Source of the DNA: an uncultured Alphaproteobacteria bacterium | Lineage (GTDB): Bacteria; Pseudomonadota; Alphaproteobacteria; HIMB59; GCA-002718135 | Reading direction: 5' to 3' | NCBI GenBank assembly: GCA_902615845.1 | Contig: CACMQS010000005.1 | Coordinates: 19,711-83,710, forward strand | Length of the DNA stretch: 64,000 nucleotides | Shown: piece after piece, positions 42,631 through 51,437 of the stretch | Layout: each line of letters starts with the position of its first letter | Numbering within the stretch: position 1 is the first letter of the stretch | Position numbers and translations under genes: made by a program | Notes under the pieces: model-generated | Seen by the model: the letters and a program-made list of their open reading frames with translations, nothing else | Database searches by the model: none | What the model was told of the DNA's origin: nothing

Positions 42631-43445
42631 AATTAGGAAAATATAATTTTAAACTATCTAGTCCAACGGTAATGGGAATATGCAATGTTACTCCTGACTC
42701 TTTTAGTGATGGTGGAAAGAGTTTTAAAAGTTCAGATGCACTAAAAAATATCAAAGAAATGGTTAAAAATGGAGCAAGTATTATTGATATTGGGGCAGAA
42801 AGTACAAGACCTGGTTCAGATCCATTAACACACATAGAAGAAGTTAAAAGATTAGATCCGATATTAAAAAAATTACCAAAAAATAAATTTGTCATATCGG
42901 TTGATACTAATAAAATTGAAACTCAAGAATATGCATTAAATATGGGAGCACATATTATAAATGATGTGTTCGGTGGCTCAGAAGATTTATTCTTTTTAAC
43001 TAAAAAATTTAAAACAGGTTTAATTTTAATGCACACACCTGCGCCACCCAAAACTATGCAAAAGAAAATACACTCATATAATAATGTTGTACAAGATATT
43101 AAAAAAATATTTCTTCAGAAAATTAAACAATTAGAAAAAATAAAAATTCCTTCATCCAAAGTTTGGTTTGATCCAGGTATTGGTTTTGGTAAAAATTTAA
43201 AACAAAACATAGAAATCATGCAAAAAATTAATCAATTTAAGTTTAAGGGATATGGATTACTATTAGGATCATCTAGAAAAAGCTGGATCAACTTCATAGA
43301 TAAGAGTGAAACAAATCAAAGATTGGGAGGTTCAATCGCTTCTGCATTATATTGTTATCAAAAGGGAGTTGATATATTTAGAGTTCACGACATAAAAGAA
43401 ACGTCTCAATCATTAAAAATTTTTGAAAAACTATGTTCAAAGTAG
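42627..43445 (+). CDS. folP: Dihydropteroate synthase
   Basis: MGICNVTPDSFSDGG, IIDIGAESTRPG and DPGIGFGK motifs. Confidence 0.93.
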   Translation: MKLGKYNFKLSSPTVMGICNVTPDSFSDGGKSFKSSDALKNIKEMVKNGASIIDIGAESTRPGSDPLTHIEEVKRLDPILKKLPKNKFVISVDTNKIETQEYALNMGAHIINDVFGGSEDLFFLTKKFKTGLILMHTPAPPKTMQKKIHSYNNVVQDIKKIFLQKIKQLEKIKIPSSKVWFDPGIGFGKNLKQNIEIMQKINQFKFKGYGLLLGSSRKSWINFIDKSETNQRLGGSIASALYCYQKGVDIFRVHDIKETSQSLKIFEKLCSK

Positions 43446-43777
43446 AAATTAAAAACTTATCCATCAGTGCAAATATAGGTATCACTGCTCAAGAGAGAAA
43501 GAAAAAACAGTTGTTAAAGGTAACATTAGAATTTAGTTATCCTGTTAAAAACTCACTAGATTTAAATAATATAAATAATGTGAAGGATTATTCATCTGTT
43601 ACAAAATATTTAAAAACCTTCATAAAGGAGTCTCAATCTCATACTCTTGAGCATTTAATAATAAAAACATCTAATGTTCTTGAAAAAAAATTTAAAATTA
43701 AAAAAGTTAAAATTACAATTAATAAAACAGCTGTAGCAAAAAAATATGGAGCTGACTCACTAAGTGTATCAAACTGA
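43433..43777 (+). CDS. folB: Dihydroneopterin aldolase
   Basis: 114 aa. N-terminal pattern I..L.....IGI...ER...Q, and position between folP and folK. Confidence 0.8.
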   Translation: MFKVEIKNLSISANIGITAQERKKKQLLKVTLEFSYPVKNSLDLNNINNVKDYSSVTKYLKTFIKESQSHTLEHLIIKTSNVLEKKFKIKKVKITINKTAVAKKYGADSLSVSN

Positions 43778-44264
43778 AACAATAATCGCACTTGGCTCAA
43801 ATCTAGGTCATGCTATATTTAATTTACGGTGTGCTGTTAGAGAGTTAAAAAATATTGGTAATATAAAAAAATTTGCAAATATTTATGTTTCTTCTCCTTA
43901 TGGATACAAATCGCAAAGTAATTTTTTTAACACCGCAATAAAACTATTAACCAACCAGCAGCCATTAGAATTAATAAATAATATTTATGAAATTGAAAAA
44001 AAATTAAAAAAAAATAAAAAAATTATCAATGGTCCAAGAAACATTGATTTGGATATTATTTTTTTTGGCAAACAAATATTTAATAAAAAAAATTTAATAA
44101 TTCCTCACCCAAGAGCAGCTGAAAGAGATTTTGTGTTATATCCAATACTTGATATTGATCCATTTTTTAGACATCCACTTGAAAAAAAATCAGTAAAAGT
44201 CTTATCGCAAGAGTTGCAAAATAAATATATTATTAAACGTTTATCCTACCGAAATTTGATTTAA
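43764..44264 (+). CDS. folK: 6-hydroxymethyl-7,8-dihydropterin pyrophosphokinase
   Basis: IALGSNLG, GPRNIDLDIIFF and IPHPRAAERDFVLYPI motifs. Confidence 0.9.
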   Translation: MYQTETIIALGSNLGHAIFNLRCAVRELKNIGNIKKFANIYVSSPYGYKSQSNFFNTAIKLLTNQQPLELINNIYEIEKKLKKNKKIINGPRNIDLDIIFFGKQIFNKKNLIIPHPRAAERDFVLYPILDIDPFFRHPLEKKSVKVLSQELQNKYIIKRLSYRNLI

Positions 44265-44891
44265 AAAATCCTTGAGTTTTGATTTAGAAATTAAATTTCT
44301 CTGATTTTTCAAGCTTCTAGAAATATCTAATCCAAAAGGTGTTATTTGTTTTAGAATGGTGGCAACATTTTTTTTGTCTATACCGCCACCAATATAAACT
44401 GGAATATTTTTACTTTTTATAAACTGTATTTGTTTAATACTTTTTCTCAATGAATACTTTTTAATACTCTTTTTCCTATAAACATTCATATCAAAATAAA
44501 TAACATCAACAATTTTTCTAATTGATTCAATGTATTTTTTATCAAAATTTTCTGGATTAATTGCAATACCAATTTTTAATCTTCTAAATATTTTTTTTAT
44601 TTTTAATAAATCTTTTTTGGGAAAATGATATGAACATGAAATTGTCTTTGGTTTTGTAAAATCTATTTGCTCTATTAGCTTGTCTAAAGATACATACCGA
44701 GTCAGAAGCACTGATTCTATCTTATAATTTTTACATTCTTTAATTAATGATTGTATTTTTTTATCACTAACTGTGTTTGGTCCATTTAAATTTTTACTTG
44801 CAAAACCCAATGATTTTATTTTATTTTTATGTGCCACTTCAACAGATTTCACATTTGTTATGCCACAAATTTTTAGAGGTATATTTTTCAT
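44241..44891 (-). CDS. Phosphoribosylanthranilate isomerase (TrpF)-fold protein, isolated from other trp genes
   Basis: N-terminal LKICGIT (catalytic Cys context), (beta/alpha)8 periodicity and a C-terminal PVYIGGGI phosphate loop followed by GLDISRSL. Its 3-prime end overlaps folK by 24 nt. Confidence 0.7.
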   Translation of the reverse strand: MKNIPLKICGITNVKSVEVAHKNKIKSLGFASKNLNGPNTVSDKKIQSLIKECKNYKIESVLLTRYVSLDKLIEQIDFTKPKTISCSYHFPKKDLLKIKKIFRRLKIGIAINPENFDKKYIESIRKIVDVIYFDMNVYRKKSIKKYSLRKSIKQIQFIKSKNIPVYIGGGIDKKNVATILKQITPFGLDISRSLKNQRNLISKSKLKDFLNQISVG

Positions 44892-44943
44892 TAAATTTTA
44901 TTTTTAAAAATTATAAATATATGTAAACTATTTTTTTTTATAT

Positions 44944-46380
44944 ATGTCATTAAATTTTTATAGACGAGTAGCGTTTGGCCTGTCGCCAAATGAAAAACCA
45001 GATAAAGATCCTCTTAATTGGGCAATAAATCAATTAGATACCATACCTGATCTCTTGTGGCCTGGAACAATCCCAACAGAAAAAGATTTAAGAAAAAAAT
45101 ATGGTGAATGGGTGTACGGAGATAGAGAGGTTTTAAGAAAAAAATTTAAAAATGATAAACATGCGTATAGAAAAGCAAAAGATGAATTAAGAATAAAAAC
45201 TGGTGAAAGATATTTTGAATTAAATGAACATGCTATTCGTCATTTTCAAACAAAGTATTCCAAACAACCTGTTTTCGAGCGTTTCTGGCTTTTTTGGGGA
45301 AATCATTTTGCAATAAGTGAAAAAGATTTTCTAGCAGAGTTTAGTACTGGACCCTATCAACGTGAAATTATTAGACCTAACATGGTTAAAACTTTTGAAG
45401 AGATGGTTCAGTCAGTAACTACTTCATGGTGTATGATTCATCACCTTGATAATTCAGAATCTTTTGGCCCCAATTCTAAAAAAGGAATGGAGTGGGGAGA
45501 GACTATAAACGAAAATCATGCAAGAGAATTATTAGAGTTACATACAGTTTCTCCTAATGCTGGATATACTCAGGAAGATGTTATTCAGTTGGCCTATATC
45601 ATGACAGGTTGGGCGCACAAATGGGATAGAAAAAATTTAGAAACCGGCGATATATGGTTTGATCAAGAAATGCATCAAAAAGGAGATAAAATAGTTTTAG
45701 GAGTTAAATATAAAAATGACGCAAAAAGAGAACTTGCAAAAGTAATTCATGATTTGGCAACACACCCAATCTGCATAAAATTTGTTTCAACAAAATTATG
45801 TAGGCATTTTATTACAGATGAACCAACAGATGAAATGATAAAACCCGTAATAGAAGCATGGAACAAATCCAATGGAAACTTAATTGAAATTCATAAAGCA
45901 GTTATAACGCAAGCTTATAAATATAATGAGAATACACATAAATTTCATCCACCTGAAATATGGTTAATGCAACTATCTAGAATGTTTGATTTAAATATTC
46001 CGCTTTCTTTTGAAAAAATGAATTATACTTTTAAGTCAAAACCAAATAATAGACAAAGACAATTATCATGGATACTTAGAGAAATAGGTCATTCACCTTA
46101 TCGTGCCAAACAACCTAATGGTTGGAGTGATTTGGAGGTAGATTGGGTATCACCAGAATTATTATTACGTCGCTTTTGGTTTGCTTCAGTTGAACTTCCC
46201 ATGCTTGTTAAATCTGGAAACAGATCACATGATTTTATTTTAACTTGTCTTAAAAATAATTTTGATGATCATGAAAATATGGCATCACTTATTGAGAATT
46301 TTAGATTTGGTATATCAGATTATGATTTAGGGCAAAAGTATGGAGTTATTTGTAATTTGCCAGGAGTATTAAAAACATGA
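44944..46380 (+). CDS. DUF1800-family protein
   Basis: 478 aa. N-terminal RRVAFGLSP and internal HARELLELHTV motifs are typical of DUF1800. It is paired with DUF1501, as is usual. Confidence 0.8.
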   Translation: MSLNFYRRVAFGLSPNEKPDKDPLNWAINQLDTIPDLLWPGTIPTEKDLRKKYGEWVYGDREVLRKKFKNDKHAYRKAKDELRIKTGERYFELNEHAIRHFQTKYSKQPVFERFWLFWGNHFAISEKDFLAEFSTGPYQREIIRPNMVKTFEEMVQSVTTSWCMIHHLDNSESFGPNSKKGMEWGETINENHARELLELHTVSPNAGYTQEDVIQLAYIMTGWAHKWDRKNLETGDIWFDQEMHQKGDKIVLGVKYKNDAKRELAKVIHDLATHPICIKFVSTKLCRHFITDEPTDEMIKPVIEAWNKSNGNLIEIHKAVITQAYKYNENTHKFHPPEIWLMQLSRMFDLNIPLSFEKMNYTFKSKPNNRQRQLSWILREIGHSPYRAKQPNGWSDLEVDWVSPELLLRRFWFASVELPMLVKSGNRSHDFILTCLKNNFDDHENMASLIENFRFGISDYDLGQKYGVICNLPGVLKT

Positions 46381-47528
46381 ACTGCACAAGAAGAAATTTT
46401 TTAATTGGAGGATCAACAACATTGTTTCTTTCTGGATATTTTCCAAAAATAAGTTTTGCTTCAATGCAGAAAAAAAATCTAATTATTATATCACTTCGCG
46501 GGGGAATGGATGGTTTAACAGCTGTTCCTGTTATTGGAGATAAACGTCTAAAAAAATTGAGAAAAAAACTTATTCTGGAAGACGTTCTTAATTTGAACAG
46601 CGACTTTGGTCTTCACCCTAAATTAGAAATTTTCCATAAACTCTGGCAAAAAAATCAAGCGGCATTTGTTCATGCAACAAATATTCCTTACACAGGTAGA
46701 TCACATTTTGATGGACAAAATTTAATGGAAACTGGAGCACACATTCCATACAAAGAAAAAACAGGATGGCTTGGTAGGGGATTACTAGCTTCTAATATTA
46801 TAGGAAAAGGTTTGGCAATATCTTTACCAATGCCACTTTTATTAAGAGGTGTGCCACAGAATAATAATTTCTTCCCATCACCAGATTTTGTTGAAACAAA
46901 GTTAATAGATCAAATTTATAATGAATTTAAAGGTGAACATAACGAGCTAATTAAATCTACACTTGATACAATTAGACAAAGACCATTGTCTATGCAAATA
47001 GCTACTGACTCTGATGATAGAAAAAAACTTGCTCTTGAAGCTGCTAAACAATTAAAAGATCAAAGTGGTCCTAGAGTTGCTGTATTTGATTTAGATGGTT
47101 TCGATACCCATGCTGCTCAAGGAGGTGTTGATGGAGCGCATGCTGATGAACTAGAAGAAGTAAATAAGATCGTTACTATTCTTCATGAAAATCTTGGCCA
47201 AGCATTTGATAATACACTAATTCTTACTCTCACTGAATTTGGCCGAACTATAAAACAAAATGGAGGCTATGGAACTGAGCACGGATATGGAAGTGCAATA
47301 CTAATGGCTGGAGGCTTGTTAAAAAAATCTCAAGTTTATACAGATTGGCCTGGACTAAAAAAGAAAGAATTGTTTGAGGGAAGAGATCTAAATTCGACTG
47401 TTGATTCCAGAGCTGTTTATAATTCTGCTATGTCAATTTGTTTTAACCAAGATCCAGAATTTTTGCGTAAAGAAGTTTTTTGGGGAGACGAACTTCCTGA
47501 TTTGTCTCAAGAATTGTTTAAGATTTAG
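46377..47528 (+). CDS. DUF1501-family protein (alkaline-phosphatase/sulfatase-like fold) with Tat signal
   Basis: Twin-arginine signal TRRNFLIGG, plus HFDGQ and TEFGRT motifs. ATGA overlap with the DUF1800 gene. Confidence 0.85.
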   Translation: MNCTRRNFLIGGSTTLFLSGYFPKISFASMQKKNLIIISLRGGMDGLTAVPVIGDKRLKKLRKKLILEDVLNLNSDFGLHPKLEIFHKLWQKNQAAFVHATNIPYTGRSHFDGQNLMETGAHIPYKEKTGWLGRGLLASNIIGKGLAISLPMPLLLRGVPQNNNFFPSPDFVETKLIDQIYNEFKGEHNELIKSTLDTIRQRPLSMQIATDSDDRKKLALEAAKQLKDQSGPRVAVFDLDGFDTHAAQGGVDGAHADELEEVNKIVTILHENLGQAFDNTLILTLTEFGRTIKQNGGYGTEHGYGSAILMAGGLLKKSQVYTDWPGLKKKELFEGRDLNSTVDSRAVYNSAMSICFNQDPEFLRKEVFWGDELPDLSQELFKI

Positions 47529-47554
47529 AAATAAATAATTTTTTTAGCAATTTC

Positions 47555-47971
47555 ATGTTAAACAAGAATATGGTTTCAGAAAATTTTGATAGTTTATTTA
47601 AGGCTGCAAAAAAAGTTAGAGAGCAAGCTCATGTGCCCTATTCAAATTTTAAAGTAGGAGCAGCTTTTCTAACAGAAGATAGTAAAATTATTACTGGTTG
47701 TAATGTTGAAAATGCTGCCTATCCTCAATCCCAGTGTGCTGAAGCAACTGCGATTGGAAATATGATATCTAATGGAAACAAAAAAATTTTAGAAGTTGTT
47801 GTTATAGGTTCAGGTGAATTATTATGCTCACCTTGTGGTGGTTGTAGACAGAGGTTAAGAGAATTTGCTACTTTAGATACTAAGATTCATATGTGTAACG
47901 AAAATGGTCATATGAAAACATCTACACTCGAAGAATTACTTCCAGATTCTTTTGGCCCAGAGAATCTTTAA
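47555..47971 (+). CDS. cdd: Cytidine deaminase (homotetrameric type)
   Basis: Zinc motifs CAEATAI and CSPCGGCRQ. Confidence 0.9.
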   Translation: MLNKNMVSENFDSLFKAAKKVREQAHVPYSNFKVGAAFLTEDSKIITGCNVENAAYPQSQCAEATAIGNMISNGNKKILEVVVIGSGELLCSPCGGCRQRLREFATLDTKIHMCNENGHMKTSTLEELLPDSFGPENL

Positions 47972-48801
47972 TGCTACCTTCGGCCAAAAAATTTTTAGAA
48001 ATTACTAATAACACTTCACCAGACATTGCTGTAATTTTAGGAAGCGGACTAACTAATTTTTTTGAAGAAAAAGATATTCAAGAGTCAATTTCATATGAAC
48101 AATTATCTGATTTTCCACAGCCAACTGTCAAAGGTCACGCAGGTAAATTAGTTTTAGGAAAAATAAATACTTTAAATGTTGTTTGTATGTATGGAAGATC
48201 ACATATTTATGAGGGGCATAATCCTCAAAGTTTAGCTTCACCCATAAGAGTATTAAACGACATTGGGTGCAAGTTATTAGTTGTTACAAATTCAGCAGGT
48301 AGTTTAGATGAAGCTATGCCGGCTGGCAGTCTAATGGCAATTAATGATCATATTAACTGGAGTGGTTTCAATCCACTTATTGGACCCAATGCTGAAGAGT
48401 ATGGCCCTCGTTTTCATGATATGAGTGATGGGTATCACAAGTTTTATAGAGATCAGTTAATACAAGTCGCTAAAAAAATAGATCAAAAAATTTATGAAGG
48501 TATCTATTGTATGTACTCAGGACCAAATTTTGAAACTCCTGCTGAAATCAATGCCTTAAAAGTAATAGGTGGAAATGCAGTTGGAATGTCTACAGTACCA
48601 GAAGTGTTAGTTGCTAATCATTGCGGACTTCCCGTTATTGGTATTAGCGTAATCACCAACTTAGCTGCTGGTATGAATAAAACAAAATTAAGTCATCAGG
48701 AAACTTTAGAGAATGCAAGTTTAGCAGAGAACAATGTTTTAAATTTAATTAAACAATTTATACAAGAAGTTCAATTCGATGATACCTCAAGAGATAATTA
48801 G
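47971..48801 (+). CDS. punA: Purine nucleoside phosphorylase (PunA/trimeric family)
   Basis: GRSHIYEG, VVTNSAGSL and GMSTVPEV motifs. TAATG coupling to cdd. Confidence 0.9.
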   Translation: MLPSAKKFLEITNNTSPDIAVILGSGLTNFFEEKDIQESISYEQLSDFPQPTVKGHAGKLVLGKINTLNVVCMYGRSHIYEGHNPQSLASPIRVLNDIGCKLLVVTNSAGSLDEAMPAGSLMAINDHINWSGFNPLIGPNAEEYGPRFHDMSDGYHKFYRDQLIQVAKKIDQKIYEGIYCMYSGPNFETPAEINALKVIGGNAVGMSTVPEVLVANHCGLPVIGISVITNLAAGMNKTKLSHQETLENASLAENNVLNLIKQFIQEVQFDDTSRDN

Positions 48802-50089
48802 AAAAAAAAGAGACAACAAAGATCTATCAAAAGAAGATATCAACTTTTTTGTAGACGGTTTAACAAATGGATCTTTTTCAGATGCACAAATTGCAGCAAT
48901 GAGCATGGCAATATTTTCAAATGGAATGACGCCTGAAGAAACTGTTTGTTTAACTGAGGCGATGACAAACTCTGGCGATACACTGAATTGGTCTGAGATT
49001 GTAGATTCTGAGTTGGTTTGTGATAAGCACTCAACTGGTGGTGTTGGAGACAAGACGAGCGTTATATTAGCACCAATACTTGCAGCTTGTGGACTGTATG
49101 TACCTATGATTTCAGGTAGAGGTTTGGGTCATACCGGTGGTACTCTAGATAAATTTGATTCAATACCTGGGTACAATACAAAGCCTGATTTAGAAACTTT
49201 TAAACAAGTTGTAAAAGACGTTGGTTGTGCAATTATTGGTCAAACCTCTAACTTAGCACCAGCTGATAAAAAATTATATTCTATAAGGGATATTGTAGGT
49301 ACAGTAGAATCTTTACCTTTAATAACATCATCTATTCTTTCAAAAAAAATTGCAAGCGGTCTTTCATCGTTAGTCCTTGATGTAAAAGTTGGTAATGGAT
49401 CTTTTAATAGTACTATTGATATAGCAAGAGATTTATCCAACTCCTTAGTAAGAGTCGCTAAAGGAGCAGGTTTACATTGTGAAGCTATATTAACAGATAT
49501 GAATCAGGTCTTAGGTAAAAGTGCTGGTCATACACTAGAAATATTAGAATGCATAAAATATATTAAAAATGATTTTAAAGATCATCGATTAGAGAAAATC
49601 ACTAATGAATTAATATCTTCGCTATTAGTAAACATTTATAAAATTTCAAAAGAAGAGGCTTATAATAAAATTAATACGGTTATTAATAATGGACTAGCTG
49701 CAGAAAAATTTGAAATGATGGTTGCAGCCTTGGGTGGACCAAAAAATATTTTAACATCTTATGAAAAAGATCTAACTAATACATCTATTCAAAAAGATAT
49801 ATTTTCTATTGAAGGTGGATGGATAGAAAATATTCATACCAGAGAATTAGGCCTGATACTTATTGAACTTGGAGGTGGAAGAAAACAGGTTACCGATAAA
49901 ATAAATTATGGAGTTGGATATGATAATGTTCTCAATATTGGTGATGAAGTAAATTCCTCAACTCCTCTGTTAAGTTTATACTCAAGTAAAAATATAGATA
50001 ATAATTTAATAAATAAAATAAAAGGCTGTTTCATTATTTCAGATAAAAAAACTCAAAAACTATCTGAAATATTTGAAACTATAAATTAA
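48779..50089 (+). CDS. deoA: Thymidine/pyrimidine-nucleoside phosphorylase
   Basis: N-terminus QEIIRKKRD, DKHSTGGVGDK and SGRGLGHTGGTLDK motifs. Confidence 0.93.
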   Translation: MIPQEIIRKKRDNKDLSKEDINFFVDGLTNGSFSDAQIAAMSMAIFSNGMTPEETVCLTEAMTNSGDTLNWSEIVDSELVCDKHSTGGVGDKTSVILAPILAACGLYVPMISGRGLGHTGGTLDKFDSIPGYNTKPDLETFKQVVKDVGCAIIGQTSNLAPADKKLYSIRDIVGTVESLPLITSSILSKKIASGLSSLVLDVKVGNGSFNSTIDIARDLSNSLVRVAKGAGLHCEAILTDMNQVLGKSAGHTLEILECIKYIKNDFKDHRLEKITNELISSLLVNIYKISKEEAYNKINTVINNGLAAEKFEMMVAALGGPKNILTSYEKDLTNTSIQKDIFSIEGGWIENIHTRELGLILIELGGGRKQVTDKINYGVGYDNVLNIGDEVNSSTPLLSLYSSKNIDNNLINKIKGCFIISDKKTQKLSEIFETIN

Positions 50090-50745
50090 TGAGCACTCAA
50101 ACAGAAATTAATGAAGCACTTGTGCAATACTTACAAAGCGTAGGTTACCGAGAAGATAAAATAATTACTGAACTAGAAAATGAAACTATAAAACTTGGTA
50201 GTGTTTCTCAAATGCAGATTGCAAAAGAACAAGGTCAGTTTTTAGAAATGATAACTAAAATTTCCAATTCTAAAAACTGTTTAGAAATTGGAAGGTTTAC
50301 AGGGATGAGCACTTTATTTTTGGCTAGAGGTCTACCTAAAACAGGAAAAATCGTAACTGTTGATAATTCAGATGAATTTTTATCGTTAGCAAAAAAATAT
50401 TGGGAATTAGATAATATGAGCTCAAAAATTGAATCGATTATTGGAGATGGTGTTGAGGTAATGCAAAGCATGATAGACCGTCAACAGAGTTATGATTTAA
50501 TTTTTATAGATGCTGATAAAAATAATTATCCAAATTATTACGAACTTTCACTGAACCTATTAGTTTCTAATGGAATAATAATTATTGATAATATGCTTTG
50601 GCACGGCGATGTGGCTGATGAAACTAAACAAGACTCTCAAACAAAAACTATCCGTGATTTAAATTTAAAAATACAAAATGACACAAGAGTGGAATTCTCT
50701 CTTCTGCCATTATCTGATGGATTATCCTTTATAAGAAAAAAATAA
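50089..50745 (+). CDS. Class I SAM-dependent O-methyltransferase (cation-dependent, caffeoyl-CoA OMT/YrrM-like family 3)
   Basis: CLEIGRFTGMST SAM loop and DLIFIDADKNNY metal/SAM motif. TAATG coupling to deoA. Confidence 0.85.
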   Translation: MSTQTEINEALVQYLQSVGYREDKIITELENETIKLGSVSQMQIAKEQGQFLEMITKISNSKNCLEIGRFTGMSTLFLARGLPKTGKIVTVDNSDEFLSLAKKYWELDNMSSKIESIIGDGVEVMQSMIDRQQSYDLIFIDADKNNYPNYYELSLNLLVSNGIIIIDNMLWHGDVADETKQDSQTKTIRDLNLKIQNDTRVEFSLLPLSDGLSFIRKK

Positions 50746-50751
50746 CAAAGA

Positions 50752-50779
50752 CTTGAATTAAACACAATCATCCCCACAT
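50752..50779 (+). promoter_or_regulatory. Sigma-32 (RpoH)-type promoter of the small heat-shock gene
   Basis: CTTGAA (50752-50757) - 14 nt - CCCCACAT (50772-50779). This is a near-perfect match to CTTGAA-N13-15-CCCCATNT, about 60 nt upstream of the hsp20 ATG. Confidence 0.6.
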
Positions 50780-50842
50780 TATAATTGTCTGTATGCCATT
50801 GTGGGTATGGACAAAATAAACTTGCTTAATAAAGGAGTTATT

Positions 50843-51280
50843 ATGACTAGAAACCTATCCGTTTGGAATTCACTAAGACCATTCTCTGTTGGATTTGACT
50901 CAATTTTTGATGAATTTGATAGAATGTTGGAGTCTACGGAACGATACAATACAAATTATCCACCTTACAATATTCATAGAGTTGATGAGCATAACTATAA
51001 AATTGAAGTTGCTCTCGCTGGATATAGTAAAGAAGATATTGAGATTGAATTAAAAGAAAATAACCTAACTGTTAGAAATAAACCTAAAGAAAAAGTGGTT
51101 AATGAAAATGGCAATGGTGTAATCCATAAAGGAATCTCAACAAGACAGTTTGAAAGATCGTTCACAATTTCAGAAGACATCAAAGTTAAAGATGCTGAAT
51201 TGAAGAATGGACTTTTAGCGATTGATTTGGAAAGAATTATTCCAGAAGAAAAAAAAGCTAGACTAATTTCAATAAAGTAG
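50843..51280 (+). CDS. Small heat-shock protein (Hsp20/IbpA family)
   Basis: Alpha-crystallin domain (YNIHRVDEHNYKIEVALAGYSKEDIEIELKENNLTV). ATG 50843 with SD AAAGGAG is preferred over the ORF-track GTG at 50801. Confidence 0.9.
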   Translation: MTRNLSVWNSLRPFSVGFDSIFDEFDRMLESTERYNTNYPPYNIHRVDEHNYKIEVALAGYSKEDIEIELKENNLTVRNKPKEKVVNENGNGVIHKGISTRQFERSFTISEDIKVKDAELKNGLLAIDLERIIPEEKKARLISIK

Positions 51281-51289
51281 TTTTGGATA

Positions 51290-51316
51290 GGGGCCCAAAG
51301 TGGCCCCAACATTTTT
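51290..51316 (+). terminator. Intrinsic terminator after hsp20
   Basis: All-GC stem GGGGCC / CAAAGT / GGCCCC followed by AACATTTTT. Confidence 0.6.
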
Positions 51317-51437
51317 AACTTTAAATTTAGAATAAATCTAATTTTATGAATTTTAACAACACTGATATTAAAAAAAAATTTATATAGATCTACATTCCTA
51401 TTCTGATAATTTTTAATAAGATTCTTAATCATAGAAC

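Noticed and set aside
42557-42895. 112-aa minus-strand ORF across the pabC/folP junction
   Set aside because: It is antisense to the conserved folP N-terminal pterin-binding motif, so it is a shadow frame.
51346-51387. 13-codon mini-ORF (MNFNNTDIKKKFI) in the iron-gene leader, a possible leader peptide
   Set aside because: It has no SD and no obvious link to attenuation structures. Such ORFs occur by chance in AT-rich DNA.
50995-51432. 145-aa minus-strand ORF opposite hsp20 and the downstream leader
   Set aside because: It is antisense to the alpha-crystallin domain gene and runs through the GC-rich terminator. It shows no coding signature.
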